Positions 37,364-50,170 of a DNA stretch of 64,000 nt are shown here, one piece after another. The notes below the pieces were generated by a model. It did no database searches and was not told where the DNA came from. It saw nothing but the letters and a program-made list of their open reading frames with translations. Both the position numbers and the translations under genes were made by a program. Source of the stretch: the human T2T-CHM13v2.0 reference genome, Homo sapiens; NCBI RefSeq assembly GCF_009914755.1, contig NC_060947.1; one strand, written 5' to 3'. Positions within the stretch are counted from its first letter, which is position 1, and each line of letters starts with the position of its first letter.

Positions 37364-38470
37364 ATAATCAAATAATACTTGATTAATCAGATGAATCTGC
37401 ATATGAGAATGTGAGTATTTATGCATGCTCATATCAATTTTTAACTCCTACAAAATATTTATATCATCTTTGCACTTATTTTGAATACCCCTTCTTTGAA
37501 AAGCTGGCAAGAATGTGGTATTTTCTTAGTGATAGAATTCATAAGACACTATTTGTTAAACTATTGAAAACAAAGCTTATAAAATACATACTTTAGGGAA
37601 GAAATTTCAGTTAACCACTATGTATTGTGAAATAATTAATTTTGCTACAAACCAAATATGCTATGTTTAATAAGCTCTTTATTACTTTTAACAGGAAAAT
37701 GAAAATCTGAGAAATTTTTCACCAACTTTCAGTGTTTTGGTGATAAAAAGTCAAAATGATTTAGAAGTGTGTTTTCATCAATATTTTTTAGAGAGTCAAC
37801 AATTTAAATGCTTATATAAGCATTTAATATATAAGCATATAAATAACTGATAAAATAATAGAAGTCATATACATGCTCATTGTTGACCTATTTTAAAAAG
37901 AAATGAAATGTCCAAATGAAGGTTCTCTTTTAGATATCACATTGAAAAATATTAATAGTTGATAGTTGGATTAGAACTAGCAGATGGGAAAAATAAGCAA
38001 TGAAATAATAAGTTTGTTCTGCCCATCTTATTATATATTTCTTATAAAAGGTAGATGACTTATATTTAGGGCCGAAATGCTGAAACAATTTTTTTAAGTC
38101 AGATAGAAATGATTTTAAGACAATCACATGAATTTAAAAAAATATCATCTCATTTCTCTGAATAGTTTTAACTATATATACATAAAATCTACAACCTAAA
38201 ACTAAATACATTGTCTGTTCTCAAACATCTTATGGTTAAAGTTTGGAAACCTGGGTGACGCGACTCAGGATTTATAGTTCTCATCATTTAAAGTTAACTT
38301 TAGAACATGTACAAGTTCAGAAGTTGGCCAAAGAGTTTGGATTTTTCTAGTTTTCTTCATACTAACATATCAAATATCTTTACCAAAATGTAAAGTTAAA
38401 AATGCAGTGAGCGTTAGCTCTCAAGGGATGCAAATGAAATTGTTGCTAAAAGAGTTAATGATGTGTTTAG

Positions 38471-38604
38471 GACGGCTTTCTGCAAAGACCATGACTCCAG
38501 GTCTGGAAAACAACCTTCACAGACCCTATCTCCTTCAGATTTCTTGGACAAGTTAATGGGAAGGACATCAGGATATGATGCAAGAATCAGGCCAAATTTT
38601 AAAG
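38471..38604 (+). CDS. GLRA2: Glycine receptor subunit alpha-2, coding exon 2 (N-terminal extracellular domain)
   Basis: tttag|G acceptor; 134 nt, in frame with exon 1: (R)[44 protein letters not shown](G), with the GlyR hallmark [21 protein letters not shown]; donor AG|GTAGGT. Confidence 0.98.
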
Positions 38605-39879
38605 GTAGGTTCCACTTAAACTTACGTTAAGCCTTTGAGAAATCTTCTAGATGTTTGAATAGTTAACTGAAAAACATTTTCAGGGCTTTTAATTATAAAA
38701 TGAAAATGACAAGTATAGTGTTCATTTTATTTTGGTATTCTTTTGCGTTAGTTACTGATATTTTCATTTTACCTGTCACTTCCCACATTTGAAAACTTTC
38801 CTTGTTTGTGTTCTATTTCACAAATAAAACTAGTGTCATAAATTATGGCCACAGTCCTTATTTTTTCGTAAGTGGGAGTGTGGCTGAAAGTGAATACAAG
38901 AGCAAGTGATAGACTTGACTTGCTTGAATATCTACCAGGATGCATGCAAGATTCAGTGGTTACTCCAAAATATTTGGTTTTGATTTTAAATACCTACATC
39001 AAAGTAGAGTTTAAATCTCTATAAAATATGCCACTTTACATACTTTCAGGCCTCTTTAATTTTTAGACTTCGTAAGAAGAGGTTCTAATTTTTTGTTCCT
39101 TTTTGTTTAAGCATTCTCATTGTTTATTTGAAATTGTTTATTTGAAATCAACAAAGATCACAGAATTTTAAAGTGCACATGTCAAAGATGGTGGATACTT
39201 TCTTTGTTCAATTAGAAGCAAACCAATATTTTTTGTTTTTATTTGTTGAACATTACAAAAATATACTTAATAGTCTGCAGAAATGCTTTTTAAATATATT
39301 TAGTTTATTTTTATTCTGAATCAGAAAAAAAGAATAAGAATCAATTACTAATAACTGAATCATGTTGATGCTTTAATTTTTAAATACATAGTTTAAGTGA
39401 TGTTGTCTTTTTCTTGTAATGAAATTTAACATAATGCATTGTGAAGTGTTTATAACATTTTATAAAAGGAGAAACCTATAATGTTCTGGATATTATGTAG
39501 CAATTCATGCATTGCTTACTTTTGTTTATTAGCAATTTAATGGCACACTTTTCTTCAGTGTTGATTTTTATTATTGGCAAATATAAGCATGAAAACTAAA
39601 TTTTAAATTCATTTCTTCTTTAAATGTTACACCTCTGAATATACCCAGGTATGGGCATATTTTATAAAGAAATATGTCAGAATTTTGGTGAAATAGTATT
39701 TTTTAAGTATCTCCAAGAGAGATAACTGAACTACATTCAGAGATAAATTTTTCTGAAAAAAAAAAAAAGATGGTCATGTTCATCCCATTTCTTAATTTTG
39801 TGGTCATTGCTTTGGAAGTCAATATTTGAAATAAAATCTTGTGAGTAACAAACTGAGAACCAGCTTTCAATGGGATTGC

Positions 39880-40160
39880 TCATTCATATATTTATCCACT
39901 AAGTCATTGAACAACTTTTGAGTCTGGACTATCTGCAAAATACTAACTGTTGGGTGCTTTGTAAAATTGGGAGATGAAACAGTTTAGGTGCTTCTATCAA
40001 AAATTTTAGTGGAGGGAGGAGATGTTACATGAATACTTTTACTATTAGATGGAAATAGGAAAGTACCATTAGGAAATACAGGTAAATCACTACAGGATTC
40101 CAAGAAATGGAAAGATAATTTCCTATTAAGATATTAATGGAAAGCTTTATAGAGAAGGTC
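39880..40160 (-). mobile_element. L2 3' end remnant
   Basis: cattcatatatttatccact...ttgagtctggactatctgcaaaatact L2 tail pattern. Confidence 0.5.
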
Positions 40161-43100
40161 CAGAGATGGAAAATTGTTTCAAGTTTACAAGCATCTTCTT
40201 TCATAGCTGTTATTCATTTCTTTCTAGAAATACTTTTTCAAAAGGGCAGGAAAGTACAAAGAGTAATAAAACACACCCATGTTGACATTGCTACTTTAAG
40301 TGACCACACAAGAATGAGCCATCATTTCCACATCCAATTTTTTCCTGGTTCTTCCGGGGATATCACCTTTGGGAAATGATATTTATCATGGTTCCAAAGG
40401 ATAAATAAATGAGGAGAATGTCAGGTTCAGCAAAGTGTGGCCATGTTTTTTTTTTTTTTTGATCTATCTACTACTTTAAAGTCTAAGTACAGGATATTTT
40501 AATGACTTATAAAAAAGAAATGGGGTGGATACCACAGAAGACTCTAACATTAGTGGGATTCATTGAGTTTTATCTCCCTCTCCCTTTAACTCTCCAATTC
40601 AATGAACACTGCTACCTTTTCATAAAATTTATTTACATAGACCATTTATATCAGATCAATTATCTGACATCTCCCAAAGTTCTCTTCATTTGGGGGAGCT
40701 TGATTATTCCTGGATTTAAAACACTCCCCATTATTTTAGACCACAATAATTTTTTCTTGATGTTCCCATGGAATTTTATATGTCTAATATGATCCTTCTA
40801 CATATGTATATTTTATTGATCCATTCTCACACCACATCTGAGAGGGCAGGGAAGTACCTTATTTTATATATACATACATACATAAAATATTGGTAGTGTA
40901 GGGAAAATAAGTGATCCTTTTCTCCAGGATAAGGAAATTAGAACCAAGACAGAGAGGAAAAGGTAGATCAATTAATGAAGATTAGTGCTTCCAACTGGTT
41001 GTTGTAGTAGAATGTGAGGGTGGTAACTTTTGAGAGACCAGCCAGTAGTCATAGTGGCAAGCAAAGATGATCTTAGCTGAGGTGAAGAGAAGGAAAGAAA
41101 AGACAGAGAAAATAGGGAACTTGTAACAAGGAGGAGGCTTAGATAAACACTATAATACTTACCATAGTTGATTAGCAATGTATCAATGAGGAATTTAATA
41201 TAGTCAGTAGAAATGAAGGGAGATTAGGAAATGTGAATGCATACAGAATAGTAACGGTCTCCCTGTAAATGTGAAAAAGCAATTTTCTGTGATAACTATA
41301 AACATGATAGTGATGATGATGTTGACAATTAAAATAACGGTGACTGTTAAGAAGATAGAAGGGCAAAATTTGACCACCAGAATAAAATCAAGAGCCAAAT
41401 ATGGGCCACTGAGGTAAACAGAATGGTTATTCTAGAATTCTTATTAAATATTAGCATATTTCTCTGTTTTCCTTGCTGCCCTGCATTGGCAAGGGAAAAA
41501 GAAGTGCATAAGTATAATTTTTCTTATTGGAAAGAATTTTTCCTGTATACTTTCAAGTCAGTAAAATATTGCATGTCTATTCCATATTCCTGATGGGCTT
41601 TGAAAGATGTCATAATGGGCATATATATAAGAAGGAAAAATGGATGTAAGCTAGAAAAGATAACCACCAGAAATGATTCAGACTTAGACTCTGTAATTGA
41701 GAGACATTCTTAGAAACTACAGGGAAAAAATAGCTTTTCTGATGTGTTGAAGCACAAGTGTATAAACAAAGTCATGAGTCAGAGTTGTCAATTGAATTTT
41801 ATCTATAAGATCCATAGAGACGTGTTTCAGATCTTGTCAAAACATACATTTAATGAAAATCCTCAATTCAGATAAAAACACAAGCTATATCCATTCACAA
41901 TTACCTGGTTCTGAAACCATGGTAAATGTTGATTCTATATCAAGAGATGAACCTCTTTCCCCACTTAGGTGATTTGTCTCATTTTCAGTTGATTTATCAT
42001 GGTGTTATTCCATCATCCTATCAGATATTCTTCTGTCAGTATTATTGTATCTTGAAAATGCACTTTAAACATTAGGCTTTTAATGAAATGTTCAAATCTG
42101 GGCAAAATGCATTAGTTCCATTTCTTTCTTTTTGAAACAAAGCCTTTATCTATTTTAATGAAATTTTCTTTGAAAATAAAATTAACTTAGCGTTACATCC
42201 TAGTTTTCATCCCAATGTGAATAAATACATTTCACTAAAACATTCTTTTTGGGATAGAATCTAGAGTAGATAATGCCAGGAGATAATTATTCATTCCACT
42301 TCTTTGTGCCTGCCATGCACACTATTTTTTTCCCACATCTAGAGACCTAAGTTAGAAAGTGTAATGTGTGACATTAAAACCTACATTTGCCTGAAATATG
42401 TTTTTCTGCAATTTCCAAAGAGCTAGCAGTTCAAGAGGTGTTTCAAGTATCATAGATCCACTTCCATGAAACCAGAGGTTTTCAGATTTTGCCCCTGGAA
42501 AATGATCATGTCTGTAGTCAAGTGGAGCTAAAGTTCAAATGTTGTGAATACCAACCCCTGTAGAAGGTGCTTGAGCACAAGCGTCCAGCAGGGACACTTG
42601 GAAAGGGTGCTTCTTTAAGTTAGTGACAATGCAACCCCAGCATCGCCATTTCTTTGATCAGCCTGGTTGGCATCAGACATTACTATGGAACCTGAGAAAG
42701 AAGACCAAAATGCTTGCAAGTATCAGAAGCATTGTGCCTGAGTGCAGAAAGTAGCAGAAGCCTACAGGCACCTGAAAAAGTAACTTCATGGCCATGCTGA
42801 CATTGTGGTTTTATTAGGAAATACAGACAGTAATTGGTTCAATTATAAATCACCTTGGAAGTGATTATGGAATTATCTGGATTATCTGCTTGACAGTTAC
42901 CTTCCTCACAGAAGAATTCTTATTCTCCCTTAATTCTAGGTCTCCCTTAATTAATCAAGAGGCCTGAGGTAAATCACTCTTTAATGGCTGAGATGAAAAA
43001 AAGCCCTAATGGCACTAAGCCCACATTGAAAAATATGAGAGTCATTATTAAAAAGTATACAGAAAAAAAGAGTTTTCAGGTGTCTACGAATGTCAAGTAT

Positions 43101-44374
43101 GAGTCAGAGTTGTCAATTATAAAACTTTTAAAATGATAAGAATACAGCATATGATTTTTTGAGACATTATCTTTTAATTATGAAAGCAGTCATTTTAAAA
43201 TGGCCTAGAACTAAGCCCAATTCCAAGACAGTTGACACTCCCATTAGGGCAATTACTCTTGGCTAAATACATAGGCTATAGTTATCAGTGGGAACCATTC
43301 ATTGAAGAAATTAAAGGACAACTAAGGGAGAATAGAAAGAAGGAAAGGAAGAATAGATTTATTTTAGGACAAATTATTATAAAATTACCTTGCAAAGTAC
43401 ATATAGCATGGGGGACTATGTATATATTAGTATGTCTATATATATGCACAAATGTTGTGTTTGTATATGCAATAGAATGTCCCTAAAAGATACACAAAAG
43501 AGTGGAAATATCAGGTGCTTCTGAGAAAGGTGACTGGATGCCAGGGAGATGGGTAGGAAGAAAAGTTACTTTTCTCTGCATGCTTCTTGAATGCTCATCA
43601 TTATATGTATTTCCAATTCAAAAGGGTAATTAATTGTTAAGCACTTCTAGAGAGGTAAAGCTCAAGGAAGCGCCTCTCTTGGGTAGTATGGTCCATGGTG
43701 GCAGATTAGAGTCAGTGTCACTCTTACTTTAAGTGCAGTAACATGCACGTGGCCTGATTTCAATAGTACCCAAGCCCTTGAAAGAAATCCCTTGTCCAAT
43801 AACTATTCTAACCTAGCTTGCTATTATAATGGCTAAAATTACAGCACTGTTGCTTCTGTTCTTGGATTAAAGATTTTATTTCATATTAAAACTACTTGAT
43901 GGAAATGACAGTAAGCCCAATTAGTATTTTACTCCATAATTTGAATGAGAGTATTTGGTTGTAGTCTGGCACTGGGGAAGAATATTGATGGTGCAAGGCA
44001 TTATAAAACAAGGCATTATAAAACATTATCAATAAGGAAATAAAATATTGTTTCCTTATTGAAAGGAAAGGCTGGGAGTAACAAAGGGAAACATATATGA
44101 TAGTTTCATTCAGAGACAATATTGATGAAGATTTTTGAACATCAAAAATCACTGGCTGTGTCACAATTTATTATACAAATGTGTTGGTTGGTGTTCATAC
44201 AGCTTTTGTGTGCTGTATGAACACCAAACAACACATTTGTATATACTAGGCTCCTACTATGGACCCACAAGGTTTTTCAGGGATTTGAAGTGGCATCAAG
44301 AGGGCATCTACAGCATTCTAATGCACCCTGGTAAAGCATATTGCAATAAGTTTGTCAGCATGTCTTTCATTCCA

Positions 44375-44600
44375 TGGTGACAGGGTAGTATAGTGGAAAG
44401 AGCCCTGAACTTGGATCTAGAAGACCTAGGTTCAAGTTCTGGTTCAGCCATTTTTGAGAAAAGATGTCTTCACCTATCTGTGCCTCAGGTTTTCTTCTGC
44501 CTTTACCTACCTCACTTGGGTTGTACTGAGGATCAAATGATATCATGAGCATGAATTATTTGTTTTCAACTGTTACTATTATACAGATAATTTGAGTTAT
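44375..44600 (+). mobile_element. MIR SINE
   Basis: tagtggaaagagccctgaacttggatctagaagacctaggttcaagttctgg...tgcctcaggtttt. Confidence 0.8.
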
Positions 44601-46394
44601 TATTGCAATTCCACCATTTTTCTTTCATAGCCAACACTTACTGTGTATTGTGAAAACAGCTGCTTGATTTTCTAAATGGAAAGAAACAAGTTAGAGAAAT
44701 TCGGGCATCTTAGATTCCTACCAGAGTAACCATAATGTAGAGGTCATAAGCCTCAGTTGGTTTTCCTTATATTAGTTCAGTGGGGAAATTTCCAACCTGA
44801 AACGGCTATTTCATATTCCTAAATATAAAACAATGAGGGAGCCATTTGTGGGAAGGAATTATCTTTACCCATTCAAATCCCATCTCTGATTATTTTCTTG
44901 GACTCATTTTAAAAAATAAACCAAATAAGAGAAATAGAACAAATTTAACTTAGTCCTATAAAGGAGGACCTTAAATTTAACTGAAGATAATATGACTGCC
45001 ATTTCTGATGTATTTTCTTGTCCAGTTACTATAGTTGCAAGGTTCACTGCACAATAGTACTGAGATGATTTCCTATTTTAGAATTAGTATTTAAAAGAGA
45101 GCATTTGGTCTCACAACATGGCAGGTTAAGCGTACCAGAAATGGAAGCCCATAATTTAGTCTTTGAGAAAGTACTGCATTGCTCCTTGGTTGATTCTGGG
45201 CGACCCCATATCCTTAATTTTCATTATTGAATGAACTTAAATATTTTATCCTTAGTTTATAGACCTTGCTGGTCCTCCACATCCTGAAGGATAATTCAGT
45301 CAATTTTGCTGATAATCTGAGACTTAAATGGCATCAATATTCAGGTCTCTTGGTGCTCAATGAATGGACAGTATAATGTGTTCAGTTGGGGCAGTTAGGT
45401 TTAGAGTGAGAAAAAAAATAAGTCATTAGTTTGTTCTTGATGGTGTTGGATATTTTTCTTGGTGTGTTGCTCAGACACTGTGGAACAGGGTCTTAAAAAT
45501 GTAACTATGTTTGACGAAGCCTCAATAACAAGGTCTTTGGAAGCATTCTGGGCTCCCTTTGGAATTAACGCCTAGGATGCTGTCCTGACTGTTGTATGAA
45601 GCGTTTGCTCATTGATTTCTTTCCTGAGAGAGCTACTCTGCACACTTATGACTGACTACAGACACTTTCAGCCATGCAGAAGCCACTAAAGGGAGCATAT
45701 GAGCAAAAGGCATAGGCCTCAAATGGATATTCTAATGTGTGCAGTACATGTAAGAACAAAGTCACCAGGTTACTCACTTGGAGTCTAGTTTGGCCAGCCA
45801 ACCAAAGTGGTTATGAGGTAAATACAAGAGAGAAGCTGGACCCTTTCTTTGACTCATGCTATGGTTTGTGTATCCACCATTCCATTATTAATATGATACA
45901 CCAAATAGTGGCTCTGTATACTCATCCAAAGGGCAAAATAAATTCTGGATTCAGTAAAAGTATGAAAAGTCCATAGGCAATTATCATTTGAGAAAAGGCA
46001 TCTTCACCTATCTGTGAAGTATATATATGACTGGATAAGTCTTGTTTTCTATTTTTTCTTTTTTTCTGATGATGGTGGAACATATTTTCTTGTGGGGAAG
46101 AAAAGCCACACTTGCCTATGCACTGTCAAAGCAATAGAATAAATTTGTGGCAAGGGAGCATAAATGTAGGCACAAAGAATTACATGTAATGGTTTTACAT
46201 CTTTATAGTTGAGTCTAAAAACACAGTTAATTTGTTAATTATTTTAATAAATAATTAGTGACTAGTCACCATGTGCCAGGTACCATTGTTAGGTGCTAAG
46301 TATAGAGTGGTAAATAGAAATTTAAGCTTTTAAATGTCAGTTCTTACTATTACTATCTCACTTAAATAAAAACTGGAATATAATTTGTAGGTTG

Positions 46395-46822
46395 AATGCT
46401 TATTATCCAGGATATTTGCAGGAAAGAGACCACACATTTCAATGGTGTGAGAGAAAAAAACAACCCTTAAAGGGAGAGTGTAGTATTCTGGGACTATCAA
46501 CAGAACTGAAGAAGCAAGGGAGGGAGTGATTACCAGAACCTGGTGAAGGCAGCTATACAGAAGGGTCACCTAATGAAACCTGTGGAGGAATGTAGTCAAT
46601 TTGTGCTATCCTAGCAGGAAGTAAGCCTGGGAATAAATATCCAGACCTTGCCCTCCTCCTGTTTTCCATTCTCCTGTGGAAGCCTTTCATTAGCCAGATT
46701 CAACTAACAGTCAGAGAGCAAGGGAGCCCATTGATACAAACCCTGAAGGACAGTTTCCTAGGGTACAGAGAATAGAAGAGAAGAGAGGGGTTGGGGTGGG
46801 GAAATGGAAGACAACCAGCACA
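46395..46822 (-). mobile_element. LTR33-family ERVL solo LTR
   Basis: gggaataaatatccagacctt...cagagagcaagggagcccattgatac...ggggaaatggaagacaaccagcaca; similar to the copy at 16.3-16.8 kb. Confidence 0.65.
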
Positions 46823-47069
46823 AATGTCAACTTAAGAGCAAACTCACCCCTTACCATTCAGGTGGTTGAGCAGACATCTCCAACACTGATGACAAATTTA
46901 GTAAGCCTTCTTTGATCAGTCTGGAGACCATTTGGATATATTATCCCAATAGATAAGTGCTATCCCCAAAAGCAGAGAAGAGAGAGAAATATAGTGTAAT
47001 GTGATTGTTCTGTCTCCTAAATAGAAAACAGGAAGAGGTGCAATAAATGGATTGGAGTATACGTGTGTG

Positions 47070-47245
47070 CGAGAGAAAGAGAAAGAAGGACGGAACTGGG
47101 GAGGGTGCAAGGTGGGGAGGAAAGGGAGGGGGCACTAGAAATAAAGGGAGAGAGACAGGAAGAGACAGAGGGGAGAGAAAGAGAGAAAGGAAAAAGAGAG
47201 CAAGGGATAGAGAGAGACGCGGAGGGAGAAAAAAAAAGAGAGATC
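47070..47245. repeat. Polypurine (GA/GGA-rich) low-complexity tract
   Basis: Directly visible. Confidence 0.85.
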
Positions 47246-48283
47246 TTCCTGTGGAGCTTACGAAAATAATTAATACAGTTTCCTTTCTGTCTGATTTAAC
47301 ATATTTGCTAATATTAATGTGCTTGTCCCTACAGTAATTCCCTCCAGGCTCCCCATGCTGGGATGTGTTGTGGGTTTGGATTTGAGCAGAAGATTTAATG
47401 CCAAGTCTCTCTGGGGAAGCATTTTTGAGATAAATTCTTTCCCTTCATGCTCTTCTGCTCTGCATAGACCTTGAGAAAGGGTGTTAGAAGAAAAGATTGG
47501 GTAAGGGGTTAAAAAGGCATGAAGACCAGGGGCAGAGTAGTGTGCATTTCCAGGAAATGGAGAGTTCTGGGAACAGTTGCTCATTTCCCACTCCTTGGCT
47601 GGTTTGATTATCACACTTGAAATACAGCTACTCATCTTGGCAATTCTCCTACGTTAGGAAAAGCCCAGGACTACTTTACCACACAATTTTTACTTCATTT
47701 TTAAACCAAACATACACAGAAGGTAATACAATGTATCTTCTTCTAATTTATTTGCATTTAAATACTTCAAGATGTTGATTTCTAATAACCACTTCATGAC
47801 CAACAAGACAGTCAAGATTTCTTTTATCAGGCTTTCTATTAGAAAAAGCATTTTGCCCATTTCCCACCACCCAAATAAATGTATTCAGAAAACAAGGGAT
47901 CCGTTTATTTATATTTGAATCTCAGAGTCTCTGAAAAGTGAATGAGGCACACATTTGGCAAACCAAACTTAAGTTAGATTATGTGATTCAGGAAAATTTA
48001 TAAATATAATGTACGGTGCTGACAATGGATTTCTCATATTCTACTTTTTCCTTTGAATTAACTCTGGTTTATTACATAAGTTTGTATATAGTATGCCAAA
48101 TCAAAGGATTTAGGATTTAATACTAAAACAAATTAACAACCAACCAGATGTGTTTCTCAAGCCATGTTTTTCAGAAGACCTGATTCAAAGCCACCTGAGA
48201 GTCTGGTTAAAAAGGCAAATCCTGGGCCCCACACCTCTCCATCTACAGAATATATGGATGATGGGATCTTGGAGTATTCATTT

Positions 48284-49195
48284 TGTCAACTTAAATCTAT
48301 AAATTTGGAAAAGGAAAGGAGACTTTATTTCTTGTAAAGGGTTATAGTCTGCAAAGTGACCATCCTGCAGCCTGGGAAGCATGTCTTTGGACAAGACCAG
48401 AGACAGGCACTTCAAAGGAGGAACGGTTGGTATAGGAGCTTTATGTTGAACAGGTTGGCTAAACATACATATTCAACAGGTTATAGAAGGCTACGAATAT
48501 TCACAAAGGTGGTTCTGATGCATGTGTATAAAGCAAACATGCATGTAACATACAACCCATGTTCACTTTGAGGTGGAGACTTAACATTTAAATGTCTTAC
48601 AATTAGGGCCTGTATGTCAAAAGGCCTTTTTAGGACACAGAGGCATGCAAGAGTGATCTCTTTAAACCAGCCAGAATCATCAGTCCATGGTTGGTGGTCT
48701 TCTTATTAGGAGAAAGTTACTGACATCAGTCTCTTGTCCGGTCAAAGCTGTAGTTATGGTTGATGGAACAGGGGATCAGTTAGCATCTGTGAACTGGATG
48801 AGTTGTAATTGTTTTAATATTGCTTATCTTGAGACCAGTCCTTATTTAACTGCTAGAGAAGAAAAAAAAAAAACCCTGTGGCAGTTAGAACATAGTTTAT
48901 TCTTTAAGTGTAGGGGTGCATGATTTACCCCTTGCCTAGCATGGTTTCAGGTCCTGTATATAATTTCATATCTCATTGCCACAAAGAGTCTGTTCTGTCA
49001 GTCTTATGATCTCTACTTTAACATTAGTGCTGGTCAGTTGTTGTGTCTAAACGCCAAAAGAGAGGAGGTATAATGAGTTGTGTCTAACCTCCTGTCCCAT
49101 TGTGGCTGGGAACTCAATTTTAAGATTTTTCTGGAGTCCCCTTGGCTACAAGAGGGCCCATTCAGTCAGTAGGGGCTTAGGATTTTAAGTTTACA
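48284..49195 (-). mobile_element. MER4D-like ERV1 solo LTR inserted in a MER5-type MITE (about 48150-49240)
   Basis: TG...CA, about 910 bp; minus-strand start tgtaaacttaaaatcctaagcccctactgactgaatggg; 4-bp flanks attt / actt. Confidence 0.85.
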
Positions 49196-49374
49196 ACTTT
49201 AACAAAGTCATTACTCCCTACAGGTTAAGACCTACAGGACTAGAATAAGACATTTTTGCCCTTATATCAGAAGGATGATACCTTCTTTATAGTATTTTTC
49301 CCAAGATCCTATGTGCCTATATTGTTTTACGAAATGAAGGGGGAAAATCCCACAAGAGAAAAAAATATCTAAAT

Positions 49375-49550
49375 CGAGACTCATGAGGCCTGATTTTAAC
49401 TCCAGTTTTGACAATTATGACCTGGAGCATGCCACTTAACCTCTTTGGGAGTCACTCTTGTCATCTGCAAAAAAAAAAAAAAAAAAAAAAAAAGGACTTA
49501 GAACAAGATGTCTCTCTACTTCACTTCTAACTTTGATGGTCCCTGGTTCT
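49375..49550 (+). mobile_element. MIR with an internal poly(A) expansion (about 25 A)
   Basis: ccacttaacctctttggga...catctgcaaaa(A)n...ggacttagaacaagatg. Confidence 0.6.
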
Positions 49551-49889
49551 AATAGTCTAAATTAATATCTTTGGGTATATCCTTTTGTAAATTGTTGACT
49601 CACCCAGAGAACTTGGATGCACCCAATCTTCCTAGATAATGTTTCCTTTCTTGGAAATTATTAATTCTGTCCAGCATTTTTAACAGTTGTCTCTACCTTA
49701 TTTCAAGTCCCAGTATTTCATTCAGAATTGTTATTGCAGGGAAGACCCTGGAAACTTATGAGGAGATTACTGAAGAAATAAGCTATTACAATTTTTGCCT
49801 TGCTCTTGGTTTGGAGGTAGCAAATTCATGTACAAAGGCTGCTTCTGGGAAATGTAGCTACCAAGTTTCTTTAATTCAGCATCTGGCCA

Positions 49890-50170
49890 AAGATGTTTCC
49901 CAAAACTGTAGTCCATGAAATGTTCTCTAAGTTTTTAAATGTAAAATAAGTATAGGAAATTCTGCAAAACATCCTCTGAGAGAGACTTAATATCCATTAG
50001 CATATTAAAAAGTTGTGAGAAAATATGTAGTAAAAATAAATACACAAATAAATATTTTAAAAACTTTTTTTTACACAGGGGTTTGCTTGATATTCACTTG
50101 ATCACAGATTCCTTATCATGAGTAACATCCTGGAGAACCAGTGTTTTATGGAATATTTTGGAAAATGTAG
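49890..50170. mobile_element. hAT-Charlie MITE remnant
   Basis: gtttcccaaaa...ttttggaaaatg terminal inverted motifs. Confidence 0.45.

Noticed and set aside
47047-47337. Arg/Glu/Gly-rich ORFs
   Set aside because: Artefact of the GA-rich low-complexity tract.
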